DNA from: Polyangiales bacterium
Lineage (GTDB): Bacteria; Myxococcota_A; Polyangia; Polyangiales; Houyiibacteriaceae
Length of the DNA stretch: 36,808 nucleotides
NCBI GenBank assembly: GCA_045106895.1
Contig: JBGCFM010000185.1
Location: 1 to 36,808, forward strand
Reading direction: 5' to 3'
Shown here piece after piece: positions 1-8,574 of this stretch. The notes below the pieces were generated by a model. It worked only from the letters and a program-made list of their open reading frames with translations, searched no databases and had not been told where the DNA came from. The translations under genes were made by a program, and so were the position numbers. Each line of letters opens with the position of its first letter. Positions within the stretch are counted from its first letter, which is position 1.

Positions 1-402
1 AGCACTCACGCCCTCAAGAACGCTTCCAAGAACCAAGAGCGCGTCGCTCAGCGGAAAGCGTCCTTTGTCTTTGAGCATCTGGTAGACGGTCTTGCCTTCC
101 AGATACTCCATGACCAAGAACGGTACCCCGTCGTCCAAGAGCCCGGCGTCGTAAGTGACCACAACGTTCGGGTGAGAGATTTGTGCGGCGAGGCGCGTCT
201 CGCGAAGGAAGCGAGCGTGACTTCGTTCCGTTCGCAGTCGGTCCGGCAGCACCTTGACAGCCACGGTGCGGTTCATCGTGAGGTCATGGCCGCGGTAGAT
301 CATGGCCATGCCGCCACGTGCGACGGCCTCATCCAATCGGTATCGGCCCAGCAGGCGCGAACCGGGTGGAGGTAACCCCTCTTCTTTCCAACGGTCTCGC
401 AC
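1..402 (-). CDS. Hanks-type Ser/Thr protein kinase, N-terminal part (runs off the window start)
   Basis: Not in the ORF track. Manual minus-strand translation from GTG at 402 gives MRDRWKEEGLPPPGSRLLGRYRLDEAVARGGMAMIYRGHDLTMNRTVAVKVL...RFLRETRLAAQISHPNVVVTYDAG...PFLVMEYLEG, i.e. kinase subdomains I-V. Confidence 0.92.
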   Translation of the reverse strand, partial: MRDRWKEEGLPPPGSRLLGRYRLDEAVARGGMAMIYRGHDLTMNRTVAVKVLPDRLRTERSHARFLRETRLAAQISHPNVVVTYDAGLLDDGVPFLVMEYLEGKTVYQMLKDKGRFPLSDALLVLGSVLEGVSA

Positions 403-588
403 GAGCGCAGCATAGCAACATCCACCCAATTAGGGCTGAGCATTTCCGGCTTTCAAACACCGGAGTCATCGTTGGTGGGTGGGATTTCCGCGTCAGCGGA
501 CAAGTGAACGTAGGGTGTGACGTCCAGCGCGGTGGCTCAAGTCGCATGAGATATATGCGTCGGGTCTCACGTGTGCCATGGTCAGGGG

Positions 589-1569
589 ATGCCGTGCTCC
601 GCCTGCGCCCACGACAATCCCCCTGATGCACGCTTCTGCGGGGCCTGCGGTGAGCCACAAAAACGTGGCCTGATCCGGCCTGGAACCGTCTCGCTGGCGC
701 TGCCTTATCCGCCCGCACGGATTCATCAGACGGTCTCTTTTGGGGACGAGACTCTTGCCGGGGTCGGAATTACGAGCCCCAAAAAAACATGGGCCGTGCT
801 GGGTATCTCAAGCGCGGTGCTCTTCATCTTGGGCGGGCTGGCGGTGTACGTAAGTGTGACACCGCGTGGTCCCGCGGGTTCGGACGCGCCCGTTCTCATC
901 GCGAACGTCGAGCCAACGCAGCCGGACGAAAGAGAGCTGCCGAGCGATCTTCCGGACGAGCTTCCGGAGGGGGTCGACCTCGACGCCCTCGTCGAACACG
1001 CGGTCCCGTCGCTTGCGCCTGACCCGGTCCCGGAACCTGCGGCTGACCCGCAGGTTGAGCCGGCGGAGCCTGCGACTGCCCCGTCGCGAACGACGACGCC
1101 AAGGGCGACGACACCACAGATGCGCGCGACCTCTGCGCTGCCGCCCACCTACCCACCCACGCCTACGCCGATGGCCACGACGCCGATGACCACGACGCCG
1201 ATGACCACGACGTCGATGACTACGACGTCGATGACCACGACGCCCGCCAATACGTCGGCGCCCTCGGGGGAGAGCCCTTACACCGCGGCCACCTACGGAC
1301 CTGCGGCGCGCCGCACGGTGTCCAGTCGTTACATGGGGGACATCGAGCGGTGTTTCGGTGAGGCTGACGGGCGGAGCCCAGGGTTCAGTGGGACTATCCT
1401 CGTTGCTTATATGCTGACTCAGGCCGGGCAGGTCGCGAGCGCCCGCATCGCCCGAAACACCACCGGTGATACTCAGCTGGGCACGTGCCTAACGACGGCG
1501 GGTCGCCGCTGGAACCTGCCGCAGCCTCCAAGGCGCACCCTAGAGTTCAGTATGTCCTTCGCGCGCTAG
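589..1569 (+). CDS. Zinc-ribbon / TM / Pro-Thr linker / AgmX-PglI (TonB_C-like) C-terminal domain protein
   Basis: N-terminal CSAC..N...ARFCGACG zinc ribbon, one hydrophobic helix (WAVLGISSAVLFILGGLAVYV), and a low-complexity linker. The C-terminus 'IERCF...SGTILVAYMLTQAGQVASARI..NTTGDTQLGTCL......WNLPQP' resembles the myxobacterial AgmX/PglI domain. Start moved to ATG 589. Confidence 0.75.
   Translation: MPCSACAHDNPPDARFCGACGEPQKRGLIRPGTVSLALPYPPARIHQTVSFGDETLAGVGITSPKKTWAVLGISSAVLFILGGLAVYVSVTPRGPAGSDAPVLIANVEPTQPDERELPSDLPDELPEGVDLDALVEHAVPSLAPDPVPEPAADPQVEPAEPATAPSRTTTPRATTPQMRATSALPPTYPPTPTPMATTPMTTTPMTTTSMTTTSMTTTPANTSAPSGESPYTAATYGPAARRTVSSRYMGDIERCFGEADGRSPGFSGTILVAYMLTQAGQVASARIARNTTGDTQLGTCLTTAGRRWNLPQPPRRTLEFSMSFAR
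1171..1245 (+). repeat. Intragenic 15-bp tandem repeat x5 encoding M(A/T)TT(P/S)
   Basis: Units approximating ATGACCACGACGCCG start at 1171, 1186, 1201, 1216 and 1231. Confidence 0.9.
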
Positions 1570-2438
1570 CTCGACAGCCCTGTCCACTCGATGCTGCGTT
1601 TCCAGAGCTCTTCGGCCAGCGCCATGTCAGTGCCGAGGCCGTTCGGTTTCACAGGCGCGCACTTATCGTAGTAGAGCCCCGTCTGCGTCGCGCACTCGGG
1701 AGAGGTCGCGCAGTGCAGCGTCGTCATCGCTCCTTCTTCGTTTGTGATCATGAAGAGCTTCATGATGAAACGAAACGGCCCAGGTACGCGACGCCAGACG
1801 TCGGACGCGACAACCCCCGGGTGGAGTGAATAGCAGAGGACGTTCTTATCCTTGAGGCGCTCCGCCAGCTTGGCGGAGAAGAGAATATTGGCGAGCTTCG
1901 AGACGCAATATTCGGGGTAGCCGCTCGTCGTCTTTGTACGCTGCTGGGCCGCGGCCCAATCGATCCCCGTCGCTTTACGGTGTGCACGGCTCGCCACAGT
2001 GACGATGCGCGCCGGGTCTCCGTCCTTCGCGGATTCAACAATCTTGTCTTCGAGGAGAAGCGTCAGGAGAAAATGACCCAGGTGGTTCACACCAAAAGCC
2101 ATCTCAAACCCCTCCGTCGTCTGACCTTGAAAGCCGGCGAGTCCGGCGTTGTTGATGAGCATGTGGAGCGGTTTGTTCATGCCGAGGAAGAGGTCCGCGC
2201 ACGCGCGCACCGACTCGAAAGACCCGAGGTCGAGGGGCAATAGTGCCGGGGCTTCTTTGCCTGTGGCGGCGGCGATGCGCTCCGCAGCAGCCTTGCCACG
2301 TTCGGCGGAGCGACAGGCCAAGAAGACTTCGGCGCCCGCGGCTACAAGCTCGCGTGCCGCGACCTCGCCAATGCCGGTGTTGGCGCCGGTGATGACGCAG
2401 ACTTTTCCACTAAGATCGGGCACAGGGTGCTTTTGCAT
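1566..2438 (-). CDS. Short-chain dehydrogenase/reductase, retinol-dehydrogenase-like subfamily
   Basis: TGANTGIG, NNAG, VNHLGHFLLT, YCVSKLANILF (YxxxK) and LHPGVV motifs; GAGGA RBS upstream. Confidence 0.93.
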   Translation of the reverse strand: MQKHPVPDLSGKVCVITGANTGIGEVAARELVAAGAEVFLACRSAERGKAAAERIAAATGKEAPALLPLDLGSFESVRACADLFLGMNKPLHMLINNAGLAGFQGQTTEGFEMAFGVNHLGHFLLTLLLEDKIVESAKDGDPARIVTVASRAHRKATGIDWAAAQQRTKTTSGYPEYCVSKLANILFSAKLAERLKDKNVLCYSLHPGVVASDVWRRVPGPFRFIMKLFMITNEEGAMTTLHCATSPECATQTGLYYDKCAPVKPNGLGTDMALAEELWKRSIEWTGLSS

Positions 2439-2498
2439 GACGGGTCCTCGGCGTGGAGCATAAGGCGCTCCAGCGTCTCCGCCACGTCTTCCGTGCTC

Positions 2499-3098
2499 TT
2501 AGACGCTGACGATGTGGAGGAGCGTGGCCACGAGCTCGTCTTCGAGCAGTTCGAGGGCGGTCTCTTCTGAATCAGCGCCCGTGATGAAACGTCGTTCTTC
2601 GGCGGGCGAGAGCGCGAATCGGGCGAGCACGAAGACGGCGGCCTGGACACGCATCCGAGCGCGAAGCTCAGAAACGCCCGTCGCTTTGGCGAGCAATGCG
2701 CCACCGGCCTGAAGTGCCCCGCCGTGGTTACGGAGGCGGTCTTCGATCTCGCCTTCCGGGTCTTCCCAGACCTTTCGCGCCACGAGTCGAAACGCGAGAC
2801 TGATGGACTCATCGCGCAGAGCTTCAACCCCGACGCGGGCCGCCTTCGCGAGATCACCTGCAGCCATGGCGCGAGCGATCAGCTTGCCGAGGCGAGCGTC
2901 CGCTTCTTCGGCGCAGGCGGCGTAGAGCTCAGCCTTGCTACCGAAATGGTGGTGGACCGCGCCGATGGTCAGATCGGCGGCGGCGCCGATGCTTCTCGTG
3001 GATGCGCCGTGGTAACCGGCTTCGGCAAATGTACGAAGCGCCGCATCCAAGACTGCTTGGCGCGTTTCCTCAGGTGAAACTCCGGCTTTTCGGCCCAT
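2499..3098 (-). CDS. TetR/AcrR family transcriptional regulator
   Basis: N-terminal HTH 'ETRQAVLDAALRTFAEAGYHGASTRSIGAAADLTIGAVHHHFGSKAELY'. Start placed at ATG 3098, downstream of the predicted promoter. Confidence 0.92.
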   Translation of the reverse strand: MGRKAGVSPEETRQAVLDAALRTFAEAGYHGASTRSIGAAADLTIGAVHHHFGSKAELYAACAEEADARLGKLIARAMAAGDLAKAARVGVEALRDESISLAFRLVARKVWEDPEGEIEDRLRNHGGALQAGGALLAKATGVSELRARMRVQAAVFVLARFALSPAEERRFITGADSEETALELLEDELVATLLHIVSV

Positions 3099-3105
3099 CG
3101 GCGGC

Positions 3106-3134
3106 ATAATGAAGTCATCCGAAATCAGATACAA
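3106..3134 (-). promoter_or_regulatory. Sigma70-like promoter of tetR (TTGTAT-N17-CATTAT) containing an imperfect palindrome, candidate TetR operator
   Basis: Minus-strand -35 at 3129-3134 and -10 at 3106-3111 with exactly 17-nt spacing. ATCCGA-AA-TCAGAT (3117-3130) is a palindrome with one mismatch. Confidence 0.55.
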
Positions 3135-3195
3135 GGTCAAATGGTGGGTGCGGCCGAGGGTCGACCCGACTTTGAAGTGGCCCTATGCCGCTTTC

Positions 3196-4752
3196 GTGTT
3201 TGAGCAACTCTTACCTACTGGGCGTCTCATCGATCCCCAGCGTCCTCCCCTACGCCCCGCAGCGGATGCTCCTCATGCCGTCGTCGTAGGCGCCGGTTTT
3301 GGAGGCCTGGCGGCGGCCATACGTCTTGGCGCCCGAGGCTATCGTGTCACCGTCGTCGACCGGCTGGACCAAGCAGGGGGCCGCGCCCGCGTTTTCCGGC
3401 AGGACGGCTTCGTTTTCGATGCGGGGCCCACTTTGGTCACGGCGCCTTTTCTCTTCGAAGAGCTCTGGAGCCTCTGCGGCAAGAAGATGGAGGACTTCAT
3501 CGATATGCGTTCGGTGCTGCCGTTCTATCGCATTCGTTTCGATGACGGCGAGGTCTTCGAATACACAGGCGACGCGAAATCCATGGAGGCGGAGATCGCG
3601 AAGATCGAACCGAGCGATGTCGACGGATACCGGCGCTTCGTCGCAAAGAGCGAGGACATCTTCAAGACCGGCTTTGAACGCCTTGCTCACGTCCCCTTCG
3701 AGACCGCCGCGGACATGCTTCGCGTGGCCCCCTCCATGATCAAGCTCGAGAGCTACCTCACCGTGGCGTCCCTGGTGGCGAAGTTCATCAAGAACCCGAA
3801 GCTCCGGCAGGTCTTTTCGTTTCACCCGCTCCTCGTCGGCGGCAACCCCTACAACACGACGAGCATCTACACGCTCATCGCGTTCCTCGAACGAAAGTGG
3901 GGCGTTTGGTTTCCTATGGGCGGCACGGGTGCACTCGTTCAAGGCATGGTCGAACTTCTCGAAGGCCTCGGTGGCACCGTCCGACTCGGCACCGACGTCG
4001 AAGAGATCGAAGTGGAAGCCCGCAGCGGGCGAAAAGCGAGAGCCACGGGCATCCGTCTCAAGGGCGGCGAGCGAATCGCCGCCGACGTGGTCGTGTCCAA
4101 CGCCGACAGCTCCTACATGTACAAGAGGATGATCGCCGCGAAGCATCGAAAGACGTGGACCGACCGCAAGCTCGCGAAGAGCGACTCGTCCATGAGCCTC
4201 TTCGTTTGGTACTTCGGCACGAAGAAGAAGTACCCGGATGTGGCGCATCACACGATTCTCTTAGGGCCCCGCTACAAAGAGCTGCTCACGGATATCTTTG
4301 ACCGAAAAATCCTCGCGGAGGACTTCAGCCTCTACCTGCACCGTCCCACGGCGACGGACCCGGCGCTCGCGCCGGATGGCTGCGACGGGTTCTACGTTCT
4401 GTCGCCGGTGCCTCACCTCGAGAGCGGCACGGACTGGTCGACGGAGGCAGAGCGCTATCGCAAACGGATCGCCAAACACCTCGGGGAGACCATCATGCCG
4501 GGCCTCGAGGATAACCTCGTCACCTCACGCGTCCTCACGCCACAGGATTTTCAGGACGACTACCTTTCGTTCCGCGGCGCGGCTTTTGGTATCCAACCAA
4601 AGCTCACTCAGTCTGCGTTCTTTCGGCCTCACAACGCGAGCGAAGATATCGAAGGGCTCTACCTTGTTGGCGCCGGGACTCACCCGGGGGCGGGGATGCC
4701 CGGCGTCCTCAGCACGGCGCGCGTCCTCGACTCCATCGTTCCCGACCCTTAG
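3196..4752 (+). CDS. crtI: Phytoene desaturase (CrtI family)
   Basis: VVGAGFGGLAAAIRLGARG FAD motif, GGRA...DGFVFDAGPT, FSFHPLLVGGNP, SLYLHRPTATDP, LYLVGAGTHPGAGMPGVL. Likely GTG start at 3196. Confidence 0.93.
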   Translation: MFEQLLPTGRLIDPQRPPLRPAADAPHAVVVGAGFGGLAAAIRLGARGYRVTVVDRLDQAGGRARVFRQDGFVFDAGPTLVTAPFLFEELWSLCGKKMEDFIDMRSVLPFYRIRFDDGEVFEYTGDAKSMEAEIAKIEPSDVDGYRRFVAKSEDIFKTGFERLAHVPFETAADMLRVAPSMIKLESYLTVASLVAKFIKNPKLRQVFSFHPLLVGGNPYNTTSIYTLIAFLERKWGVWFPMGGTGALVQGMVELLEGLGGTVRLGTDVEEIEVEARSGRKARATGIRLKGGERIAADVVVSNADSSYMYKRMIAAKHRKTWTDRKLAKSDSSMSLFVWYFGTKKKYPDVAHHTILLGPRYKELLTDIFDRKILAEDFSLYLHRPTATDPALAPDGCDGFYVLSPVPHLESGTDWSTEAERYRKRIAKHLGETIMPGLEDNLVTSRVLTPQDFQDDYLSFRGAAFGIQPKLTQSAFFRPHNASEDIEGLYLVGAGTHPGAGMPGVLSTARVLDSIVPDP

Positions 4753-5861
4753 GGCAAAAGGAGCGCCCAGGTATCCCCGTAGGCAGACTCGGACCGAAGG
4801 GCGCCGCCGAACACAATCGCGCGACGCCGACGGCGGTCCAAGACCATCGAAAAGTCTCGTCGTGGCGGGAGCGCGGGGGTGAGCTCGGGTTCGGTCACCT
4901 CGAGCGTGTTCAGGTCGATGAGCGCCGTCGATCGCGGCGTGGAGTTTTGGCTGCCGGCGACGACAACAAGGGTGTTGCGTCGAGCTTCATGGACAACTTC
5001 GTGATCCCAACGCCCCGCGAGCGGTGTGGAAAGCGTTCGCATCGCCCAGCGGTGATCCTGGAGTTGCCACAGCTCCGCCATCGCGTCGTTCTCGTGGCCG
5101 AAGCCGCCGAGCATGTAGAAGCCCTCGCCGGCGCCGTCGAGGGAGGTGTGATAGCGGGGCGCAGGGGAGTCGCTTGCCTCGTAGGCATCCCAAGAGCGGT
5201 CACGAAAACTGTACGACCACATGCCCTGGCGCACGTCGCTGAAGAACATGTCTTGGACGAGGAGAGCGTCTTCGTTGCGATCCCAGGTGACCCGCAGTGG
5301 TCGCTCGCGGCCGGACCAAGGGCCACGCTCAAGCCGCGTTAGTTCGTAGGTCTCCAGGTCCAGAGAAAAGAAGTCGGAGCCGATTCCGTTCACAGGAGAC
5401 GCGATGAAGTACGCCTTGGCGTCATCGATGGCGACCTCGCTTGGCATCGCCAGCATGGAGCGGCCGAGGGGAGGTAGCTCGGTCCACTCGTTTGTGGCGA
5501 GATCCAGCATCCACAAGTCTTCATGCTCCACCCACTCCTCGAGACAGCAGCCATCGGGGCCGTAGGGGTCGACGCCGCCCCACACGAGCATTCGGTCGCG
5601 GGCGTCGTCATACACGGCGTAGTGCGAGTAGCGTGGCGGGGGACCGTCTTCGGTGAGGAAAACCCATTCCAGCTCACGAGGGGGGCCCGCGTCGAACACA
5701 TCGAGGACGGGTACGTCCGGGCTCTGCGCGTCAAAACCGGACACGTCCACGCCCGGCACATCGGGGCGTGAAGCGTCGACTCCGACATCCGCGTCACCGA
5801 GCCCGTGGCTTTGGTAGCAGCCGAGGAAGAGCAGGGCGGCGAGGGGCAGGAGGAAGCGCAT
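4749..5861 (-). CDS. Kelch-repeat beta-propeller lipoprotein
   Basis: Lipobox-like LLFLGC and a PDV-rich linker, then repeated PPPR..H...YD....MLVWGG / PAPRYH / PPRRDF..V.D...AIVFGG...GDTW kelch units. Confidence 0.8.
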   Translation of the reverse strand: MRFLLPLAALLFLGCYQSHGLGDADVGVDASRPDVPGVDVSGFDAQSPDVPVLDVFDAGPPRELEWVFLTEDGPPPRYSHYAVYDDARDRMLVWGGVDPYGPDGCCLEEWVEHEDLWMLDLATNEWTELPPLGRSMLAMPSEVAIDDAKAYFIASPVNGIGSDFFSLDLETYELTRLERGPWSGRERPLRVTWDRNEDALLVQDMFFSDVRQGMWSYSFRDRSWDAYEASDSPAPRYHTSLDGAGEGFYMLGGFGHENDAMAELWQLQDHRWAMRTLSTPLAGRWDHEVVHEARRNTLVVVAGSQNSTPRSTALIDLNTLEVTEPELTPALPPRRDFSMVLDRRRRRAIVFGGALRSESAYGDTWALLLP

Positions 5862-5937
5862 GTCTTTCGTTAGCAACGAAGAGCAGACTCGTCACGAGGG
5901 TGGCAGATTCGGGCAGAGCGCGTGATACCGTCACGCG

Positions 5938-6861
5938 ATGTCTTCGCGACGACAACAAGGCCTCGAGAGACGCGGCCGACTGGCCCGTACCGGGGAGGCG
6001 CCAGCCTATCGACAGCGATTGGTCGAGACGAAGAGCGTGAGCCTCCACGTGACGGAACTTGGCGAAGGACCACCTGTGCTCTTGCTCCACGGCTTCCCCG
6101 AGTTTTGGTACGGCTGGCACACGATCATGCCGACGCTCGCCGCCGCGGGGTATCGTGTCATCGCACCGGACCTTCGTGGCTACAACAAGAGCGACAAGCC
6201 TCCCGCCGTGAGCGACTACGCCCTCGACACCCTGGCGGCAGATATCCCGGCGCTCCTTGATGCCCTGGAGCTGCCGAGCGTTGCTCTCGTCGGCCACGAC
6301 TGGGGCGCCGCCGTTGCGTGGACCGCGGCGATGAACCACCCGGAGCGCGTGGAGCGCCTCGTCGTGATGAACATGCCTCACCCGGTCCGCTTCGCGAATG
6401 CGTGGAAGACGCTGCGCCAACGTATCCGCAGCTTCTACTTCTACTTCTTCGCGCGGCGTACCTTCGCCTCTGCGATATTCCGAGCGTTCGGGGCTCTCGG
6501 GCAGCGGCTGATGCTCTGGTGGTTTAGCGGGCGCTCACTGAGCGACATGGAGCTCGATCGCTACGCGGAGGCCGGCCTTCAACCCGGCGCGATGCGTGCT
6601 TCCATGAGCTACTACACGGCGCTCCTCGCTTCGAACCCGGAGGACACGGTCCGGAATGCGACGCCCATCGACATTCCTACCAGCGTCATCTGGGGGGCGA
6701 AGGATCCCGCCTTCGACCGCGAGCTAGCCGAGCCCGGCGAGTGGGCCCCGGGAACGAAAGTTCACTACCTAGAAGACGTGGGGCATTTTGTTCATCTCGA
6801 AGCCCCGGACGAGGTCGCCGCGCTCATGCTCCAAGAGCTAGCGGACTACTCCTCGAGATAG
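5938..6861 (+). CDS. Alpha/beta hydrolase, epoxide hydrolase-like
   Basis: HGFPEFW oxyanion motif, DLRGY, GHDWG nucleophile Asp, WGAKD, GHFVHLEAP. Confidence 0.93.
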   Translation: MSSRRQQGLERRGRLARTGEAPAYRQRLVETKSVSLHVTELGEGPPVLLLHGFPEFWYGWHTIMPTLAAAGYRVIAPDLRGYNKSDKPPAVSDYALDTLAADIPALLDALELPSVALVGHDWGAAVAWTAAMNHPERVERLVVMNMPHPVRFANAWKTLRQRIRSFYFYFFARRTFASAIFRAFGALGQRLMLWWFSGRSLSDMELDRYAEAGLQPGAMRASMSYYTALLASNPEDTVRNATPIDIPTSVIWGAKDPAFDRELAEPGEWAPGTKVHYLEDVGHFVHLEAPDEVAALMLQELADYSSR

Positions 6862-8501
6862 GGCACCAGGCGCGGGTCCGTTGGCGCCGCGCTCATTTGT
6901 TTGACGTAAAAGCGAGCGAGCCACTCGTTCCCAAGCTCCGCCTGCACCAGCGCCGCTCGTGCAAGGCGCGCGTCTTCGATGGGCTCGATACCCATGGAAC
7001 GCGCAAGCGGATAGAGGGCCGCGTCGCGATAGCCGGCTTCGATCATCTCTGACGCGATCGTCCGGAGCGTTTCGACGTCATCGGCGCCCTGACGGAAGCG
7101 CGCGCCAAATTCGACGCTGCGGCCGGGTGTTAGATCGAGGTCTTCTTCATCGATGAGGACAAGGAGAGCGAAGTGAACAGCGTAGGCGACACGGATGGTA
7201 GGTTCGAGCTCAATGGCGCGCTCGTAGGCATCTCGCGCGCCCGCGTAGTCGTGATGATCGCGTCGTACCTGACCGAGTTTAAGCCAGGCATAGTAGGCCT
7301 CAGGCTGTACACGCGTGGCGTGGGCCCATAGCGCGCGGTCGTCCTTCCAGGCGCGCTGATAGTCTGCCGTTCGAAGGGCCAGGAGCACGATGAAGGCCCC
7401 GGCGACAACACGGGCCACCACTGCTTTCTTCGCTTCCGCCACCTCGAAAAGTGCGCCGATACCAAAGGCGAACATGAAGAGCGGCAGCGAGAGGTAGCGG
7501 TCCTGGTTCTCCCAGTACACAGGCACGATGTTGAGTACGGGCAAGAGCAGCCCCCCCGTCGCCAGCACCGACAGCAGGAGCTTAGGACTCTTACGCAGCG
7601 CATAAATCACCACAGGAACAACGACAAAAGGCAGCAGGTCGAACCACACGAAGTCGCCGGTGCGATGAATGGGGTAGAGCGGGCTGTTGGCGAGCGGCGC
7701 CACCAAGGTCACGAACTTATGCGTGATGGTGGCTCCGACGAGATACACGTGCTCGAAACCTTCGGGGTTGGCGCGAATCATGGTCGCGTCGGTCCAGATC
7801 ATGATGACGACGCCGCCGAGTGCGAGACCGACGAGAGTCATCGGAATATGGCGCATCAATGACTTGAAGAAGCTGCGTTCCCGCAGAAGCCAGTCGATGA
7901 GGAAGAGCACCCCGGGCAATGGCAGCGTCGTCGTCTTCGAGAGCGCGGCACAAAGGTAGAATACGAAAGACGCCAGCGAATAGCGGTCTTTCCAGCTCTT
8001 GCTCTTTAGGTAGGAGAGCACGGTGAGCGCTGAGAAAATGGCGGCGATGATGTCCTTGCGGCCTGTGGCCCAAGCGACGACTTCCACCTGAACCGTGTGA
8101 ACGCCAAAGAAAAGCGTCGCGACGAGCGCCGCGCTCCGCCGAAGCCCCAGCGCGACAAAGGTACGCCGCACCAGAAGCAGTGCGACGCACCAGAGGACAA
8201 TATTCGTGGCGTGGAGCGCCGGTCCGTTTGACCCCACCCAAGGCACGTCGAGCCAATAAGACAGAAGGTGCAAGGGTTGGTACGCCTCGAAATGCGGCGC
8301 ATTCCAGAGCGTGACGAAGTTGTCCCATGTGTAGGCGTGTACTGCGTCGAAATCCAAGATGAAACGGTGGTCGTCCCAGCTCCGCATCAGAGGCTGGGTG
8401 AGGCTCACTGCGAAAGTGAGCGCGGCCGCGAAGATCAAAACGAGATCGTCGAGCCAACGCGTCTTGGGCGCCGCCGCTTTGTTTTCCGTGCCTTCCTTCA
8501 C
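6846..8501 (-). CDS. Polytopic membrane protein with C-terminal TPR, GT-C/TMTC-like putative glycosyltransferase
   Basis: WDD loop, YQPLHLLSYWLD, VHTVQVEVVAWATGRKD, ALSK, DRYLSLP, W....LW, followed by a TPR-like region; many hydrophobic segments. Confidence 0.75.
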   Translation of the reverse strand: MKEGTENKAAAPKTRWLDDLVLIFAAALTFAVSLTQPLMRSWDDHRFILDFDAVHAYTWDNFVTLWNAPHFEAYQPLHLLSYWLDVPWVGSNGPALHATNIVLWCVALLLVRRTFVALGLRRSAALVATLFFGVHTVQVEVVAWATGRKDIIAAIFSALTVLSYLKSKSWKDRYSLASFVFYLCAALSKTTTLPLPGVLFLIDWLLRERSFFKSLMRHIPMTLVGLALGGVVIMIWTDATMIRANPEGFEHVYLVGATITHKFVTLVAPLANSPLYPIHRTGDFVWFDLLPFVVVPVVIYALRKSPKLLLSVLATGGLLLPVLNIVPVYWENQDRYLSLPLFMFAFGIGALFEVAEAKKAVVARVVAGAFIVLLALRTADYQRAWKDDRALWAHATRVQPEAYYAWLKLGQVRRDHHDYAGARDAYERAIELEPTIRVAYAVHFALLVLIDEEDLDLTPGRSVEFGARFRQGADDVETLRTIASEMIEAGYRDAALYPLARSMGIEPIEDARLARAALVQAELGNEWLARFYVKQMSAAPTDPRLVPYLEE

Positions 8502-8574
8502 CCGCTGGGTCTACGTCAACGAGCGCTGTTTGACCACCCTTGCAGTTTCACGCTGCGGCTGGCACCAAGTCGTC

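Noticed and set aside
3196..4752. Carotenoid biosynthetic gene cluster
   Set aside because: Only crtI is present; no synthase, cyclase or GGPP synthase in the window.
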